Below, piece after piece: positions 45,958-62,200 of a DNA stretch of 64,000 bases. Under the pieces are notes generated by a model. It saw nothing but the letters and a program-made list of their open reading frames with translations. It made no database searches and was not told the DNA's origin. A program made the position numbers and the translations under genes. The DNA is taken from positions 1-64,000 of the IMG/VR virus record IMGVR_UViG_3300030333_002703; one strand, 5' to 3'. Position 1 is the stretch's first letter, and each line of letters starts with the position of its first letter. Source of the DNA: a virus.

Positions 45958-47247
45958 ATGTCAGTTCCAATTCGTCTTGTGCAACGCAATGGAGACCTCA
46001 TTTCGTTAGATGCATTAGATTTCAATTTCAATATCGCACGTGGCACTACACCTGTACCTATTCCTATGTTCGGAGAACGAGCCGCAGCAGATTTGAATGT
46101 CGTTACCACTAGCATCACTATGAGTGTGATTATACGCGATGATGATTGTGAATCAACAGATGTCTCACCACAATCTGCTTCAGCATTCATTGATTTTGGT
46201 AAGCCCAATGAACGAGATGCAAATCAAATTGGTGCAGGGTCGTATTTCTTAGGTGATGGTGGAACCGTTACGATTGGGCAAAGCACTGGTGAAGACATTA
46301 CCAACAAAGAATTCCAAATAAAATCTACCCACCATCAACAATCAGGCACTGGTCCTGTCATCATCAAATTCATTGCTGATGCCGCTGGCTCTTTAGGTGC
46401 TGCGACATACAGTTCTGGAACGGTGAGTATCAATCTCTATCATGCTAACTTGGTACACGCATCTGCGCCATCTCCATCATCGGGTGCATTCGATAGCATT
46501 GGAGAAGAGGTTGCGACATACCTCACCAATGCATTAAACAATTCAGCCAACATTGGTATCACCACAACAAGCACAGGAGATACAGGTCTTAGTCATGCAT
46601 TTACAGCCACTTTGAATAATGGTATATTCCCCACTACATTAGGCAGCACACGTGTAGATATTGTGCAAAAAGAAACGGGGGTAAATGGAGATAGTGCAAC
46701 TCCCGTATTTTGGGATTTGACTTCATCAGGGTCTAGCAATCAATTGGCGTGTAAGCCACCATCATTTCGTACATTCCGTGGTGGTAAAGGTAGTACGTGC
46801 AAATCTGCAGGTGACAAAGTACAAGACCTTATCGCCAATGTATCGAATAGTAACGTCATGGGTGCAGTCGGTCAAGTCATTTCACTAGATGCAAATGAAG
46901 AACGAAAAAGTGTCATCAGTACTGATTTCAATAGTTTGGACCCGACTGCAGGAGCCACAGATGACTATATTGTAGGTATTCAAATACCATACAATTCATT
47001 GATTCAAGCGGCTGGAACTACATCAACTGTGGCTCGCAATTTCTTACTTGTGACAGGTCTTAGTCCTGCGGCTAATCAAGGTTCAGAAGCCAATACATTA
47101 CCTGCGAGTACAACTTTCGATGTGTTAGATGTCTATACAGGTATTCGTGGCACTGTAACAACTCTCCAACTTAAGTATTCAGCAGGTGATACCTTCTACG
47201 GAGGTTCAATCACATTCAACCCAATTGACTTCATTGCAGGACCGTGA
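45958..47247 (+). CDS. Distal tail/baseplate hub-like protein
   Basis: Directly after TMP; 429 aa, beta-rich. Confidence 0.55.
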   Translation: MSVPIRLVQRNGDLISLDALDFNFNIARGTTPVPIPMFGERAAADLNVVTTSITMSVIIRDDDCESTDVSPQSASAFIDFGKPNERDANQIGAGSYFLGDGGTVTIGQSTGEDITNKEFQIKSTHHQQSGTGPVIIKFIADAAGSLGAATYSSGTVSINLYHANLVHASAPSPSSGAFDSIGEEVATYLTNALNNSANIGITTTSTGDTGLSHAFTATLNNGIFPTTLGSTRVDIVQKETGVNGDSATPVFWDLTSSGSSNQLACKPPSFRTFRGGKGSTCKSAGDKVQDLIANVSNSNVMGAVGQVISLDANEERKSVISTDFNSLDPTAGATDDYIVGIQIPYNSLIQAAGTTSTVARNFLLVTGLSPAANQGSEANTLPASTTFDVLDVYTGIRGTVTTLQLKYSAGDTFYGGSITFNPIDFIAGP

Positions 47248-47251
47248 TATT

Positions 47252-50200
47252 ATGACACTGATTGGTAAAAGTAGCCATGCAATGTTTTTCAATGGTATAT
47301 CAGATGGTATCTTGGTTCCGCAAGCACCATTCTCTAAAACTGGGACACAAACTACTCATGGTAAATCATACGACGCGACATTGGGTGGGCAAGGTCAAAA
47401 CGTAAATACCAAAATGAGTAAAACTAGTGAATCATTCAGCGTTGAAGCATGGGTAGTGCCTGATTGTGGTGGTGTGATTGCTTCCAAAGAAGGTGTGTTT
47501 GAATTACGAATTGGGGATATTAGCACACCCGGCCCAGCCCAATTTACAGTTCACACTTACGATGAAAATGTAGGTAAGCAATCTGTAACGGCTACAACAG
47601 CGTCACCTGTGATTGTATCTGGGGCGCACAAAGGGTGGGATGGCATCGTATATCCAACGGATGCATCCGTGGCTCTACAAGGCACGTTCAATCGCTTCAA
47701 TACGGGTAAAACAGATGAATCTGCATTGAATCGTAATTCACGTGAATTGATTTACATTGTTGGTGTGTTCACTGGGCAACAAGTCAAACTGTATGTAAAT
47801 GGAGAATTGGTAGCATCTGAAAAACTTCAACGTAAAACACGTAGCGCTCATTCATCTGCTAATCTATACATTGGTGGTAAAGGTGGTGAATATCGTGGTC
47901 GTATTGAAGGTGTACATTGGCGACGTGGGTTCGCTGAAAGTAATGCCATACCTAGTTCACTATTACCAAACACTGATACTATTGGATTGTGGCGGTTTGA
48001 AGAACCCATTGATGTGCCAGATATTTCACTGACATTGAAATCTGCAGCATCAGCATCAACAAATGCCAGTGGTAGTACATTGACAATATCCAACGCTGAT
48101 GGTAAAGCGTTGATGGAATACATCACAGGTTCAACACCTACGGCAACAACCACATTAGACCTTGCTTCATCCACATATAGCAATGGCAAATATCAGATAA
48201 CTACAGCCGGTGCATTACAACAACCTGACCATCTTCCTATCAATCTCATCATTAATCCCACAGGTGTGGATGAAAAAACTGGCATTGCGTATCAAACAAG
48301 CCCCCCAGAGCGCGTTAGATTGAAGCAAGTGGTATGGAATGCCGATGGCACTACAGACAGCACCCTGACGGTGTATAGTATCCATTTAGATTTTAGCAAT
48401 AGCACCACCACAGGTCTGCGTGGATTATTACACGCACACGCAGCCAATGATACTACCAACCAACTTGCGAAAGGTTCGACCATTGCCGTTATCAATTCAG
48501 ACCTACTGATTGATTCAGGTAGTGGATTACCATTACGCGCACCCGGTCAAGGTACACAAATCATTGACCGTACAGGCCAAATGGTAATTGATGAAGTCGG
48601 TGGCAATCATGGATTCATTTTCAATACACAAATTGCTACTGACACTACAAATAACCCATTCGCATTCAATTGGGGTGCGACAGAACTACCTGTTGGATTC
48701 CAAGCCGGTCATACAGGCCGACACAAATTCACACACATCACTGGGCATCCATATCTTCAGCATTTACCCGAAGCCACTGAAGAAATAGTTGAACGAAATT
48801 TAGATGGTGACAGTGATTCATTTACAGCATTCTATGAAGGAAGCGCATTAGGTCTGCGTCGTCAAGTGCCATTGGGGTCATTGATGGATGTTCACCGCCA
48901 AGCATTTGTCGGGTCGGCCATCAATGTGGAAAATACAGGTACAGTAGTTGAAGCCGTTGAGAATGGATTAGCAGGTTTTGACACTACGGCACGACAACTC
49001 ATTGCTATTGGTGGTGAGGGATTCGACCCAATACCATTTTTATTGAAAGGTCATGCATTCCTTGGTGAAGATGGAACTACAGATACCTATGATATGCACC
49101 TAACACCTGAAGATACATCACGTGTGGCTATTTTGGAATGTGCAATGGGAAGTGACGCCGCACCATATGTGGAAATCCATTACAATGCCATTGATTTGGA
49201 TGGTAGCCGTATTCAGTATGCTGCAACAGGGACAACATCAGCGGCATGGGATAATACCAATCATCGTATCACATTGACCAATAATGGCACGAAAGCATTT
49301 GGTCCTAACAGTGGAACATTCGATGGATACCATCTCATCTGCGATGGGGAACGGGCTTACGATTCTAAAGGAACTGTTACTTTTACAATTGACCACACCA
49401 ATCACCGATTGAATGCAACATCAGGTGGTTCAAGTGTCCGAACTGCATTTGAAGGTAAGATTGCGGCTGCTGGTGCTATTGTATATTTAGAACTTACAGG
49501 TGCAGCGTTATGTGTAACTAAAACTGTGCCGGATGCATCATCTATTATCAGTGGAACACAAGTCATTGATTACATTCATACTGCATTAGCATCGGGGGCA
49601 ACATTACACGCTCCCGGTGGTGTAGTGACCATCAGCGATGATGTATTGGGAGCGGGTAGTGTCGCATTTCAAAATCATCGTATGGTAGGCGATAATACAG
49701 GTGGCACAACATATGAAATGGAATTGGACAACACTTTGATTCCGGCCAATCATGTTCCCAATTCTGCTACAGATACTCCGCAATCACCCCCAAAAGGAAT
49801 TGTTGCTTCTCATGTAATTGATGCTACGCATTCACCTGTTTATCACAAAATGGTTATCCGCAATTCTCAATCTGGAACATCAGGTTCTGCAGCCGGTAAT
49901 TCAAGCGACCCTGCTATTACAAACGCACCTGATATATTCCGATTATCGCCACGGAAAGAAGCGACTTCAAATGCAAATGGAGTATTCGATACTCCAGCCA
50001 CCAATCATGCGACTAATCTGTTTGAGGTATTCGATATTATTGACAATTGGCAAGTCGGGAAAAATCATGTATTGATAGTACAACCAACAGACCGTACACG
50101 CACTATGCAATTGACAAAATTCGCAAGTGAATCTACACAATCCAATGACCCTAATTTCCTAAGTGTCGAGTTCTTACAATGTCGTGGTCGTGTCCAAGAC

Positions 50201-53200
50201 TTCCGTGAAAAAACAGACGACAAAGGGCGACAACTCATTATCCGAGGTTTAGGATTAGTACATGATATTCGAGATGCTAATGCATCACTTTTGGGTGACG
50301 GCTCTCCTGATTCACACGGCGTCAAAGAAATTATTCCCGGTGGGCCTGTAGTTGCCGTATCATTGGGTGGTCCCGGTCAAGGTGCATTGGATACCAAGCC
50401 CACATATGACCCATCACCAATGGCTCGTATTGGGTGGAATACTCGTCGCCCATGTGCGGCTGTAGTCAATACAGTGGATGTATCATCTACACCTCGTACC
50501 ATTACCTTGAGTCCGTACAATAATCAATCTAAACATTTGGCTAGTTGGGGGCATATTTGCTTCCCTCCTAGTAGTGGTTCAAGCGGTAGCAATGATGCTC
50601 GGGTGTATCTCAAAACAGGTGCATCTGCAGCATACTATGACATCGTAGCAGGTGAGATTCTTTTCGACACAACTGATACCAATATGGCAGGATGGTTCGT
50701 CAATGCCGATGGGTCATTGGAAAGTACATTCGCTGATTGGGTCACTACCAACGTATTACCTGCTGGAACCATTCTATACACAGACCCATACATTGGGGAT
50801 GATACAATGTCAGAAGATGGCACGACCGTGCAAGACCGTATGTTCCAAAAATTGAGTAGTGTAACACATGATTACCAATTAGGCACACAGTATGCTTCCA
50901 CACGTGCATTGGTTGAGATACCATTTTTCCCCCATCAATTCTTTGAAGATGCTGAAGAAGGTATTTTCCCCGGTCCGAACAATAGTATGAAACTGACGTT
51001 AGATGCTACCATGACCGCCCACACATGGAATCCTAAACCTGTAGGGCGAAGATTGTGTGATTCAAGCATTGCCGCTGACCCAACTGTATTGGGTCCATAT
51101 ACTCGTAATTGGATAACATCTGGTCTGCGTGATACGTCTATTGTATCTGTTACCTATGTATCGGCTTCTTCTCCTGCACCTGCACATTGGTTATTTGAAG
51201 TGGATGACGCATCTATTTTCCCACAGGCTATGGAAGGATTGATTACATCAGCCAGTGCATCTGGATTAGGTCGAGCCGGTATAGCGAAAGGTGGCGCAGT
51301 ATCTCGAACACGGCGATTCTTTTTGCCTGATGGTAGTTGGGCAATTTATGACCGTGTAGATTACACCAATAATACAATTCGTGTGAATGATTTGTTATCA
51401 GGCTATGGTATCCGAACAACAGATTCTGGTGGTCATACTACAAATTCCAAAACAAATGAAAATAATGCAATAGGATTCGGAATGGGCAAAACCAAAGGTG
51501 GTCATACATGGAGACCTCTTTATGGTGAATGGCAAACAAACAGAGAAAGTCGGCAAGATGGTGAATGGGTCATCCAACCTATTACTTCACCTGAAATGAT
51601 TGGAAAACGTATTTCACCAACTGCTCACATATTCAATGGAGATATCCCATCCATCAATGACGGTGAAGGATATTCAGTAGCCGAAGCGCAATCTTTCACA
51701 TCACCATTTTACCATGACCAAGCCAGTGTATTGACACAAGGTAGTGGATTGGATTACGGATTGAAACAATATGTCAGCGCTGTCGAGTTCAAAGCAGGGC
51801 CGGAAGAAAATCCACATACTGCTAAATTACAAACGGGGGCATGGCGTGGTAAGATTCTTAGTTACAAAAACAATGTATTGATAGTGGATAATGCAGAAAA
51901 CTTCCCACCCATTGGTGCAATGCTACGATATGGCTCACAAAGTGTATTGGATTGGAAAGTACGAAATGAGAATACTGGATTAGAATTACAAATCAATTAT
52001 CTAGCAACAACTACTTCGATAAGTGAACCTGTATTTAGCGCTAAAGTATGGTCAAGTAGTGCTACCGCTGTATTGGGAACCCACTTCAAAATTGGAGATG
52101 AACTTACCATTATGTCATTGGAAGTGAATCCCAATACAGGTGGATATGCTACAACATGGCCGAAAGTGATGCACGATGCAATTCTCAACAAAGAATGGTT
52201 AGGACCGTATGCATCTGGCGGATTGCGTAACGGTGATACCATATGGATGAATATGCACTACACTAACCCACACGCAACCGATGGTATATTCTGTAAGAGT
52301 CGAGGTGTAGTCAATGATTGGGAAGTTCATTCCATGTTCAATGGAGGTCTTGGTCAATTTGACTTACGTTCACGTAACAGTATCCCAATGGAGAACTTCT
52401 TGATTGGGAATACGTGTCGTGAGACTGCGGAAAATTATGTCCAACACGTGAACAAAACAATTGAACAAAATCTGATACAACTAGGTATTCACACTACACG
52501 AACTGTTGCTTTCCTTGACCCATATCTATGTACTGATGACCATGCACGTGTATTGCTATACGATGTCGAAGCAGACCGAGAATGTGTAGCGTTCCATGAT
52601 TTGTATATGCAGGTTCAATCATCTCCTGATGCTGTCAAAATTGACAATATGGATGCTGCAAATGGGTTCATATCTCAACGACGTGATGTGGATATTTCAG
52701 GGTGGTTGTCCACATCACAAGAACAAGATTACCCACATGACCATACTGACCATGTGAAGATACGCAGTGACCACGGTAAATCGTCATACATTGAAGGCGC
52801 ATACAGTCATTCTGATGGAGTCACTATGAATGTTGAACGATTATCTCAAGATGATTCAGAAACAGCCATAGCACGATGGGCCATTGATGATAGATACAAT
52901 CGCAATTATGAAGAATATGCAAAGCAAGGAGATTGCACAAGTCGATACGCAGTGCCACGCACAACAGATGGTGTATGTTGTTACACTCAAGCAGAACTAT
53001 GGTTCGGTCAAGGTATTGAAGATGCAAAAGAAGCCGCAGCGTTTTGGGCAAGTAAAAGTGTGACTGGTGTCACCTCAACTACTACAGTTGCGGCGGCGGG
53101 AGGAACAGGCAGTCAATCTTTTGATGATTCTACTACCGCAATACAATTCAATAGCCACACTTTAGATACGCCAAATGGTACACGAACAATATCTGCATTC

Positions 53201-56200
53201 TTATGCCTCAAAGGTATTCGTGCCGTAGATTCACCTACCACTAATGCACGATTGTCTAACTTACCACATTGGAAACAAATGGACTTTACACGACGTTTGA
53301 CAATAGACCTCGGTGAAATAGGTATCAAAGAAGGTGTAACAAGTGTAGAAGCGGCGGCTCATGAAATTGTCAGACTCATCAATCAAGCCGGTGCAAAGAA
53401 AGGGCGGTCGAATATCCGCCGCCCTGTTGACCAATTCCCCGGTGCTACTGTCGGTCAAGACGATGGTGCATCTGCTCACATCAAAGCCGATTACGCTGTT
53501 ACAGGTTCAACTCATGACCCTGCATCATTTTGGGATGATACAGCGTTCTCATCATATGACCGAGGTTCACATATGGGCTATTTACGCGCACATATAGGTC
53601 GAGTAATTGAAGACCGTAATGGTGTTGAAGGCTATACTATTGTTATTCATTCTACAATTCCCGGTGCAACAGGTCGTAATTTCTGTGTATGGCTTGATAA
53701 TTCCAAAGGGCAGACAAATTACAATCCACAGTTCTTGATTGGTCATGGTGGTAGATTCAATTCATTCTATTGTCAACCATTGGAAACTGCTGGTGAAAAT
53801 ATGCACCCTGCACCTATGCCCATCAATAAGCATGGGCGACCGTTTGCACCTATCACTACACTACAACAATTTGTTAGTACAGGTGTGCCATCCAGTGCTA
53901 ATGCACAATTGAATCGCGCTATCCCACCCACACCATTTACGGCTCAAGAACAAGAAGGTGCGCTTCCAGCATTACCTAGTTTTGGTGCGGCAGGTGGTGG
54001 AGTTGGTTCTAATAGTGTCACAATGGAAAGCACTATGCCTACAGAAATGACTGTTGTAGAAGGATTGGGCGTGGGTACAAAGGCATATGCTCAAATGAAC
54101 TTTGGTGGTTTAGTTGCATCTGGTGTTCCCGGTTGGAGTCCAGACTATGGAACATGGGGCTTTGGTGATGGGACAGATAGCCGAGCGCATAACATCTATA
54201 GTGCATCTGCCGCAACCCAACAAGATTACACAAGTCATGTTCCCGCGACAGATAAATTGGAAATTGGAACAGATGGGCAAATCTATGGTATCCAATTTGA
54301 AGACCATCTAAAACGTAAGCATACTGTTCGGATGCTGTATAAGGAATACGGAAAAACATTCACCAATGAAAATACCAATCTCCCATCTACAATTGAAAAT
54401 GAAATTGTCATTTGGATGGATGACAGAGATGTATCATTTGGTGGATTCACTATTGGTCGCGCTATGAAAGGTGCTGGTGATATTGGTAAGCGTATCAAAA
54501 CCGGAGCGGCATGGAAATTGGACACGAATGCATACGATGGTGCGGTGACGGAATCCAAAGCCGCATATACAGATGCAATTACAGATGTCCCATATTGTGG
54601 AGGCCGATGGAATGGTGTACCGTCGCCAATGGCAGCGTATGCTGTAACCATAGACAGACCGTCAGGGACTTCATTGAGTCTGCGTCACAATCAAGGTGAT
54701 ACATTCGCATGGAACAAATTACATGGTGGCATATGGCATGATTTACCAGCAGATGGTGACGTACTAGGATTTTTAGGATTCCCCAAAACAAACGGTGTGC
54801 TTCAACTCACATTACCAGAAGGTAATTCAGGCGGAGCGGCTGCTGACATTGGTTCAACTGGATACATGATTTCATACACACATCGGACTGAAAATACCAA
54901 ATTTGGGCCACACACATTCTATGGATGTACAGGTATTCCGACAGCATTGAGTGGATGGGGTGATACTACAATTGGACCGGACACATACGAAGTGGCAGAA
55001 TCACCTGCGTGTATATCTGCTAGACCTAATTGGACAACATTGGTGACGGATGAATTGATTGCAGCCGCTGTCGAGTTTGCATTGACAATGGATGACCCCA
55101 ATGAAGGTGATACATTTGATTGCACGAATATGTTGGCAGCCGACGGTCGCACATTTGGTGAATGGGGTATCAGCCCATCAGCAATTCGTGTTCAGGCATA
55201 TTCTGATAAACACCCTATTACACCATTACGTACATTATTCAATGTGCGTCGAGAGAAAGATTACGGCATATTACACGCTCATGCGAATGCGCCACAAAAG
55301 ACTGTAGATGGTGTAGCCATTCATGCGGCAGGTGCTAGCCATGCAAATGCTCACCTATGGTATAACGAATCATATCCATTGAATCTTACGGAAGGAACAA
55401 ATTCGACACCTGCTTATGCATCCCCAAGAGGTATGACCAATACTGCATTAGATGGGAATATGGGTGTCCCATGTGGATATGTGCCGCGAACTGTATTGCA
55501 TATCTCCACTAGGTATCGTGGTGCAAATGCTAACACGGTATCCCCATTGGTTGTTGATTCGCGGAATGTACCAATCAATACAGATACATGGCAACAAAAC
55601 CTACGTGGTGAACTATGTCAGTTCTGGGCAGGCGACCATATTCTACCTATGATTAACAACGGTCGTGTCGAATTATCTGTTTCTTCATCATCAGATGACG
55701 CTAATGGAACATTCACTAATGGTGGTCATTCATCAACTGGTAAATGGGCAATAAAATTGTCTACGATAAATGGTGGCGGTGGTACATCTAGTAATGAAAT
55801 TCAAGAATTATTCCAATTCGGCCCAGTGGGTCGAATCAAGAACGAAAATATGGGTATGATTACGGCTGGCGCACATGGCGACCATTTACCATTTGGTGGA
55901 GCCGAAGATGCATCGTATGTAGCCCCATATACAATGTGGTGTAGTAATTCAGATTGGGCAGTGATTACTCCAAAAGCCTCACAAGCCGATGCTAAAGCCA
56001 GTGGTGGCCCCACTAATTTGTTTGATAGTGGATACCGTGATGGTGGATACCAATGGCGTCATCAATTTGCACGTATCAATGTATTAGATGACTTATCTGT
56101 TTTGGCTAGTGGTGTCACTGCAAACGAAAGTGAAGAATTCACCGCTCGATGTGATGCTACAATTGCAGCCAATGAAATCATCTACCTACAACGATGGTTA

Positions 56201-59200
56201 AATCCAGAACATGAAGGTATCCGCACATCTGGTTCATATGCTTATGCGAAACCCATCACATATTTCCGTGGTGCGTCTGATGGTAGTGACCATTCAGTAC
56301 CATTGTATTTCGGTGGTGGATTCAGCGGAGCAGTATTAGACATCAATGATGGCACAGAAAATGATTACACCGAGTTCTATACACATCCATATTCAGCAGG
56401 ACCAACAGGTTGTGCAGGGATACAAAATGCAAATGAGATTATGGGGTCGCATTGTATCTTAGACACCACTGCAATGCTCGCCATGTTCCCCGGCACAGGG
56501 TATCTCGACCAGCACAAAGGACAAGCCAATCCTCCGTTCCAAAATGAACATCTGCAATTGTCACCTGATATGGCATTGGAAGATAGCCATGTACCTATCA
56601 CTACTGCAAGTAGTCAAGGACCAGATGGTAGTACAGGTGCGGCAGGATATACAAACAACAGTAAGACTGTTATTCAAACACAACCGTCACCCATCATCTT
56701 GAGATTCGCGCATCCATTTGCACGGTATGAAGATGTGCAAGATGATGCTAAGAAAACTCAAACTACCTATGTCGTATTCGGTCCCGGTCAATCCGTGCCG
56801 ACATTCTTACAATCCAATTACACCAACTCACCAAGTCCGACTACTTACATTGAACCATCAGTTGCCATTTCAGTAGGTTGTTTATACAACAAATACTTGT
56901 TTGCTAATTATGGGTCTGACCGTTCAGGCTTCAATCCAGTGGGTGTGGGTCGGTATATTCCAGCATATCCATACGCACCAATGGCATCAGGTCTATTGGC
57001 ATATTATGGAACACCAGATTATGCGTATCTGCCTAATGGTGTGGATTTGGGCAAAACTACAACATGGGATAACGCACCAAAAACAGGTAGTAGTAGCACG
57101 ACTAAAAGTGGTTGGGATGCAAAGATTGGATGGTTGCCTCCCACGAAGGATTATCAGCAAGATAACGTCACTCGTTGGCAAGGTGTAGATAATTGGGAAC
57201 CTGCACAAGGCGACCCTAACGCAGACCAATACAATCAATATGATAGATATGGATTGCATTTGAGTGGTCATTTCAATCGTCACGACTATGGTGAAGATTC
57301 TAATCACGACCCTGCATCTGGCACATGGTCGTATGGTTCCACAGGATATGCTCATCCATTATCTCCATTGACTCAAACAATTTACAATGGAAGTGGTGAA
57401 CGCTTAGCCGGTCCTATTGAAGATGCTGCTGCTATTGACGAAGTGAGTAGTAGAAAAATCTATACCGCTACAGCCAAGGATTATGCGTGGCACATGGATG
57501 GTGGGCATCCACCCGGTGCTAATTTCCTCGATGACCGAGTGGTGCGTAATCCACAAAATGGTGGCGCTGCCCAATACTGTTACGCATATCATCAGATTTC
57601 AGATGGAACCTATACACCTAGTGAGTTCCGTGTTGGTGACAATGCGACCATGTTCCGTATTGGTGCGGCTATGCTTAAACAACTAACAGATGGTTGGGGA
57701 TACACACAAGACAATCATACTACAGGTGTCGAAGGTCATGTTGACCGTGACATCATTGTAATAGATGCGACACGTGTACAAAATGCTGAAGAACTTGCTA
57801 CTGTAATGTCATGTGCCATCAATGAATGGCCGGGAACAGGTGCGCTCAAAGCATTGGGTGGTACGTTCCTACCATCATTCCAAAGCGCTCACAAGCAAGA
57901 CCGTTATTCATGGGTAGAATTACCAATGGACCCCACCGCAGGAAACAGTGGATTGAATGGGCGCACTGACCATTTGACTTTTGAATCAACAGCAATCAAT
58001 ACAGACTATGTACATCGTGACCATTTCAGTATTGGTATTGCGAATCTCAATCCATATACTAGAGCCACAGTGACAACGTATGTTCCGTATGAATTGCCAG
58101 TAACAGGTAGTGGGCGTTTGTTCTTAGACAGTGATACAAACCCTGCAGTAAAACGATATGTTGGTGCAGATACAGGGGCGGATACAGTATCAAGTATGAA
58201 TGACCGAGGTTTCTACTTCTTCTATGCCGGTATATCCAATTCAGATGATACTTCACAAGGTGGTGGCACTGTCGCTACAGCCGCACATCGTTCATTCTAT
58301 CTCGCACAAAACTACCGTACAGGTCTACGATTGCCAGAAGACCCTACTGTAGATTGCACTAACCGAACATTCTCTAGTGGTATGACAGGGGCGCAACGAC
58401 CCGGTATGAAATACATGGAATGTGCAGTACAAGCAGTAACAGCAGCAATTCCAAACCCATTGGTAGGATTCCCGCGTATCATGGTATGGACAAAAACCGG
58501 CAACCATCGGTGGAACAATGGCGGATTCAATACTGCTAACGCAACTAAAACGAATACTGACCGAAGCCGATTGGGATTGGATACAACAACAAGTCTCATC
58601 TTCCATGCATTGGCTTGTACCCATGTGCATTTCAATGGATTACATGATGCTGTGGACCGTACACGACCCATTGGTGCGGTGGGATGGGCTGGCAATCAAT
58701 ACTCGATGCTCAATAGTATGGGATATTGGGAACCGTCATTGGGTGTATTCGCAGTACCGCGAGGTCTTGGTGCATGGCATCCATACCTATCATTCAATCC
58801 ATATGGTCATCAAATGGGATGCCATGATAGCAACTACATTGGTCAGTATCAAGCCTCAAATGTTTTCGCAGATGGTGACAACGCTGCCAATTATGGTATT
58901 GGAGGAATGAATGCCACAGACGCATCTGCTCATTGGTCATATTCAAATGGATGGTCAACCACATATCCAACTGCTAAAGGGACACATGAAAATCACTATG
59001 TGGTTATCACCCACGAAAGTGAATTGCCGTTGGTTGCACGTGCTGACCATTTAGGCATCAATGGTGTTGGTGATTTGCTATCTGGTATTTGGAAAACATC
59101 TGCAATGGGTACAACGTCACCACCCGGCAAGGCTGCCAATAACGACCCAAATAGTATTCCACCTACAGGCACTACTGCATGGTCAGCGGATATTCATGCC

Positions 59201-62200
59201 CCATCTCGATACAGCGCACCAGCCAATGGTGGTCCGTATGTTGAGGCTCAAGTGCCAGCCACCCTTGAGAATCCTACAACAAACGATACGAAAAGAACCA
59301 ATATGCAATGGGGTGCGAAAGTAGATGGTGCAGATGACCTCATCATGGCAGATGCGTGTGCTGCACCCACAGGTGATTTGTTTGTAGGAACAGATTGGGT
59401 GGGTCATGCCAATACATATTATTCAGATGTGAATGGTATTGGTGGTGCAAGAGCCAATGCATTACCCGGTATTTTCGATGCCGATACGGAACCACAAAGA
59501 TACTGGCACGACCCTGTATCCAACGCAGGTAAGGTTGGTGGGCGCAACTTCACCGTTGAACACGTAGTATGGAAGCGAATGGATGGTGGTAATCTATCAT
59601 TACCCGCACCTAACGCCCGAGGTCTTGGTGCATTACCTTGGGTATGGCGTAAGCAAAGTGGCACATCAAATTATTACAAGACAGGTGAAACTGTGTATGG
59701 TAATTGTCGATTCTCATTTGAAACAACCAACAGTGCAATGCTACCTGTCATTCAGGCACAAGAATTATCCCATCCACAACTTGCTGAATTGTATCCATTT
59801 GAAATTGGGAATGCTATGACGATTCCTAATGAAGAGATTCAATTTGAATCCATTACGGTAATAGATGACACCGGACAAGAGCATCGTATCGAAGGTGGTT
59901 CACCATTTGGGACAATCATTCGTGATTTCAAATCTATCAGCGACCGCACTGATGAAGGTATGGCCCCAGCCCTTGCAGGTAGTGGGTCATATCCCAACAT
60001 GGAAATTCAATTACCTGACCCAGATACAATCCCCGGCAACATCATTGTGCGTAGTGGATTCGATAGAGTGCAGTCATACCAGAATGAAACTGTTGGTACT
60101 GGAGGTCTGCAACACCCATCACAACCCACCAATTTAGTGGACAAGGCATTCGATGGAAGTGGCCCAACAGATGCATTGTGGCCTACATGGGAGAATAACA
60201 AATGGGAACAAGTCGCACAAGATAGCACCTTCCCTCAATCTGTTACAAGCAATTGGGCGAATTCGACAGATGATGCACCACTCAAGACCGCATACGAACC
60301 ACATGACCGCACGTTGTATTTCCATATCACCAAGCACGATATATCATACAGTAAGCGTGAACCCGTAGCGGCAATCAATCATATTCACCAAACAGCACTT
60401 GGTGGTGGTGCAACTAATCTTGTATTGCGTGACAATATCACTGTCAATCAGACTACATTCACAGGCACGACACTAACCTATGGTGGTACAGTGCATTTCC
60501 ATGCTACACACAAGGGAGCCATCTTTGCTGACCCACGTGAACAACTGAAGGATGGGTCGAACCGATGGTATTTGGTGGCTATCAATTCAGCCGGTAAGAA
60601 AGCCATTGCGTCATACACAGGTGTTACTACAGGGTCAGCGCGATTCGATGGTGTAGTGTTCGATTCAAATTGGGATGAGACCTTCAACGGCGCAGACATA
60701 TACCCATCATTCTATACACCCGCAGGGTCAGCACGTCTGTTCGCTGCCCGTCGTATGCGTGACCATGCTGAAGTATCTGGGAACAGCCCTGATATGCCAC
60801 GTGTAGCATGGTGGAAACTCAATGATGGAGGGCCGACATCTACCAACCCATACGACCTCATCAACGCACCCAAACTCACACCTATGCCTATTCCACGCAT
60901 GGGCCATCATTATGTCACACCAACGATGGCAATGATGCCCGGTCATCTAGCCCATCCAGTGTATCAGAACATTTGGAAATCACATTTGGCGGTAGAATCA
61001 TCTACACGCGCACCCGTAGAAATGTCAGGGAATGTGGGTGGCACACCTACAATGGACCCCAACATTTGGTTCTCCAATCTCACACCCAACTATCCACCAT
61101 CTGATATTCACGGTGGTGCATTCACATTGATGAGTGAGACGAAGGTGCGCTTCGATGGATATGGTGTGTTGGCATCCAATGGTGTAGCAGGTGATGTAAA
61201 TAGCAAAGGTGGTCACGTCATCATCTTGGAATCAAACAGTCACTATACACAAACAAGCCACTTCCCTGACCCATTGGAAGTAGGTGCATATCAGATTGTA
61301 ATTCAACCAAACCTATTTAGTCAGCAAGTCACAGGGTTCCATCAAAACACACCGTTTGCTGATACCACATCGCCACGCAATGCTGCGGATAGTGCATATG
61401 AAAGTGACCTTGAACAGAACTTGACAGGTCAACAAGTAGCAACAGTTGTAGGTATATTCCATGATTGGGCAACCTATGGTGCGACAGGTCTGGTATTGGC
61501 CGATGCATTATCAGCAGACGTGCGTGGATGTGAGGTATATCTCAATGAGATTATGCTTGACATTGACCCTGCCGCTGGTCAGCAATTCACATCATTACCG
61601 CCATTGGCTACATTCAATGCATTGGGTGTCAACGAATCAACATCTCCTGCGTTTTCACGTAGGTCTATGCCATATCATCCAACCATGTTCAAGCGCGCTA
61701 CGCCCGGATACACATTGACAATTCCGTGGTGGGCCATTGGAATGAATAGTGGAATGCATTCAGGTCTATCATTGATTGGTGTTGATGATTACTACCAATT
61801 CTGTCGAGCCACCTACGGTGCAATCAGCGCACAGATTACCTTGGCAGGGTATCCGTCATACTTCTTCGACCCATACCAGCGTGAACATCAAAGCCTCAAT
61901 CCTCAATGCACCGTCACCACCAATCCAACCGCTGGTGCTACGGCAACAGTTCGTGTAGATGATAACTCATTGTTCCCATTGGATGGTAGTATCTACAATC
62001 GGTTGCTTATGACCATTGATGCAACAGGTCAGAAACACTATGCCACTTACGCAACACGTGGTACAAGTGGTATGGCTGCAACGGGTGATACTGATAGATT
62101 CTTGACTGTAACACCGGCTGATGGTCTAGGTGCATCATCACCTATTTGGAATGCATTAACGACCACTCACGCACTATACAATGGTGGTGTATTACATCTC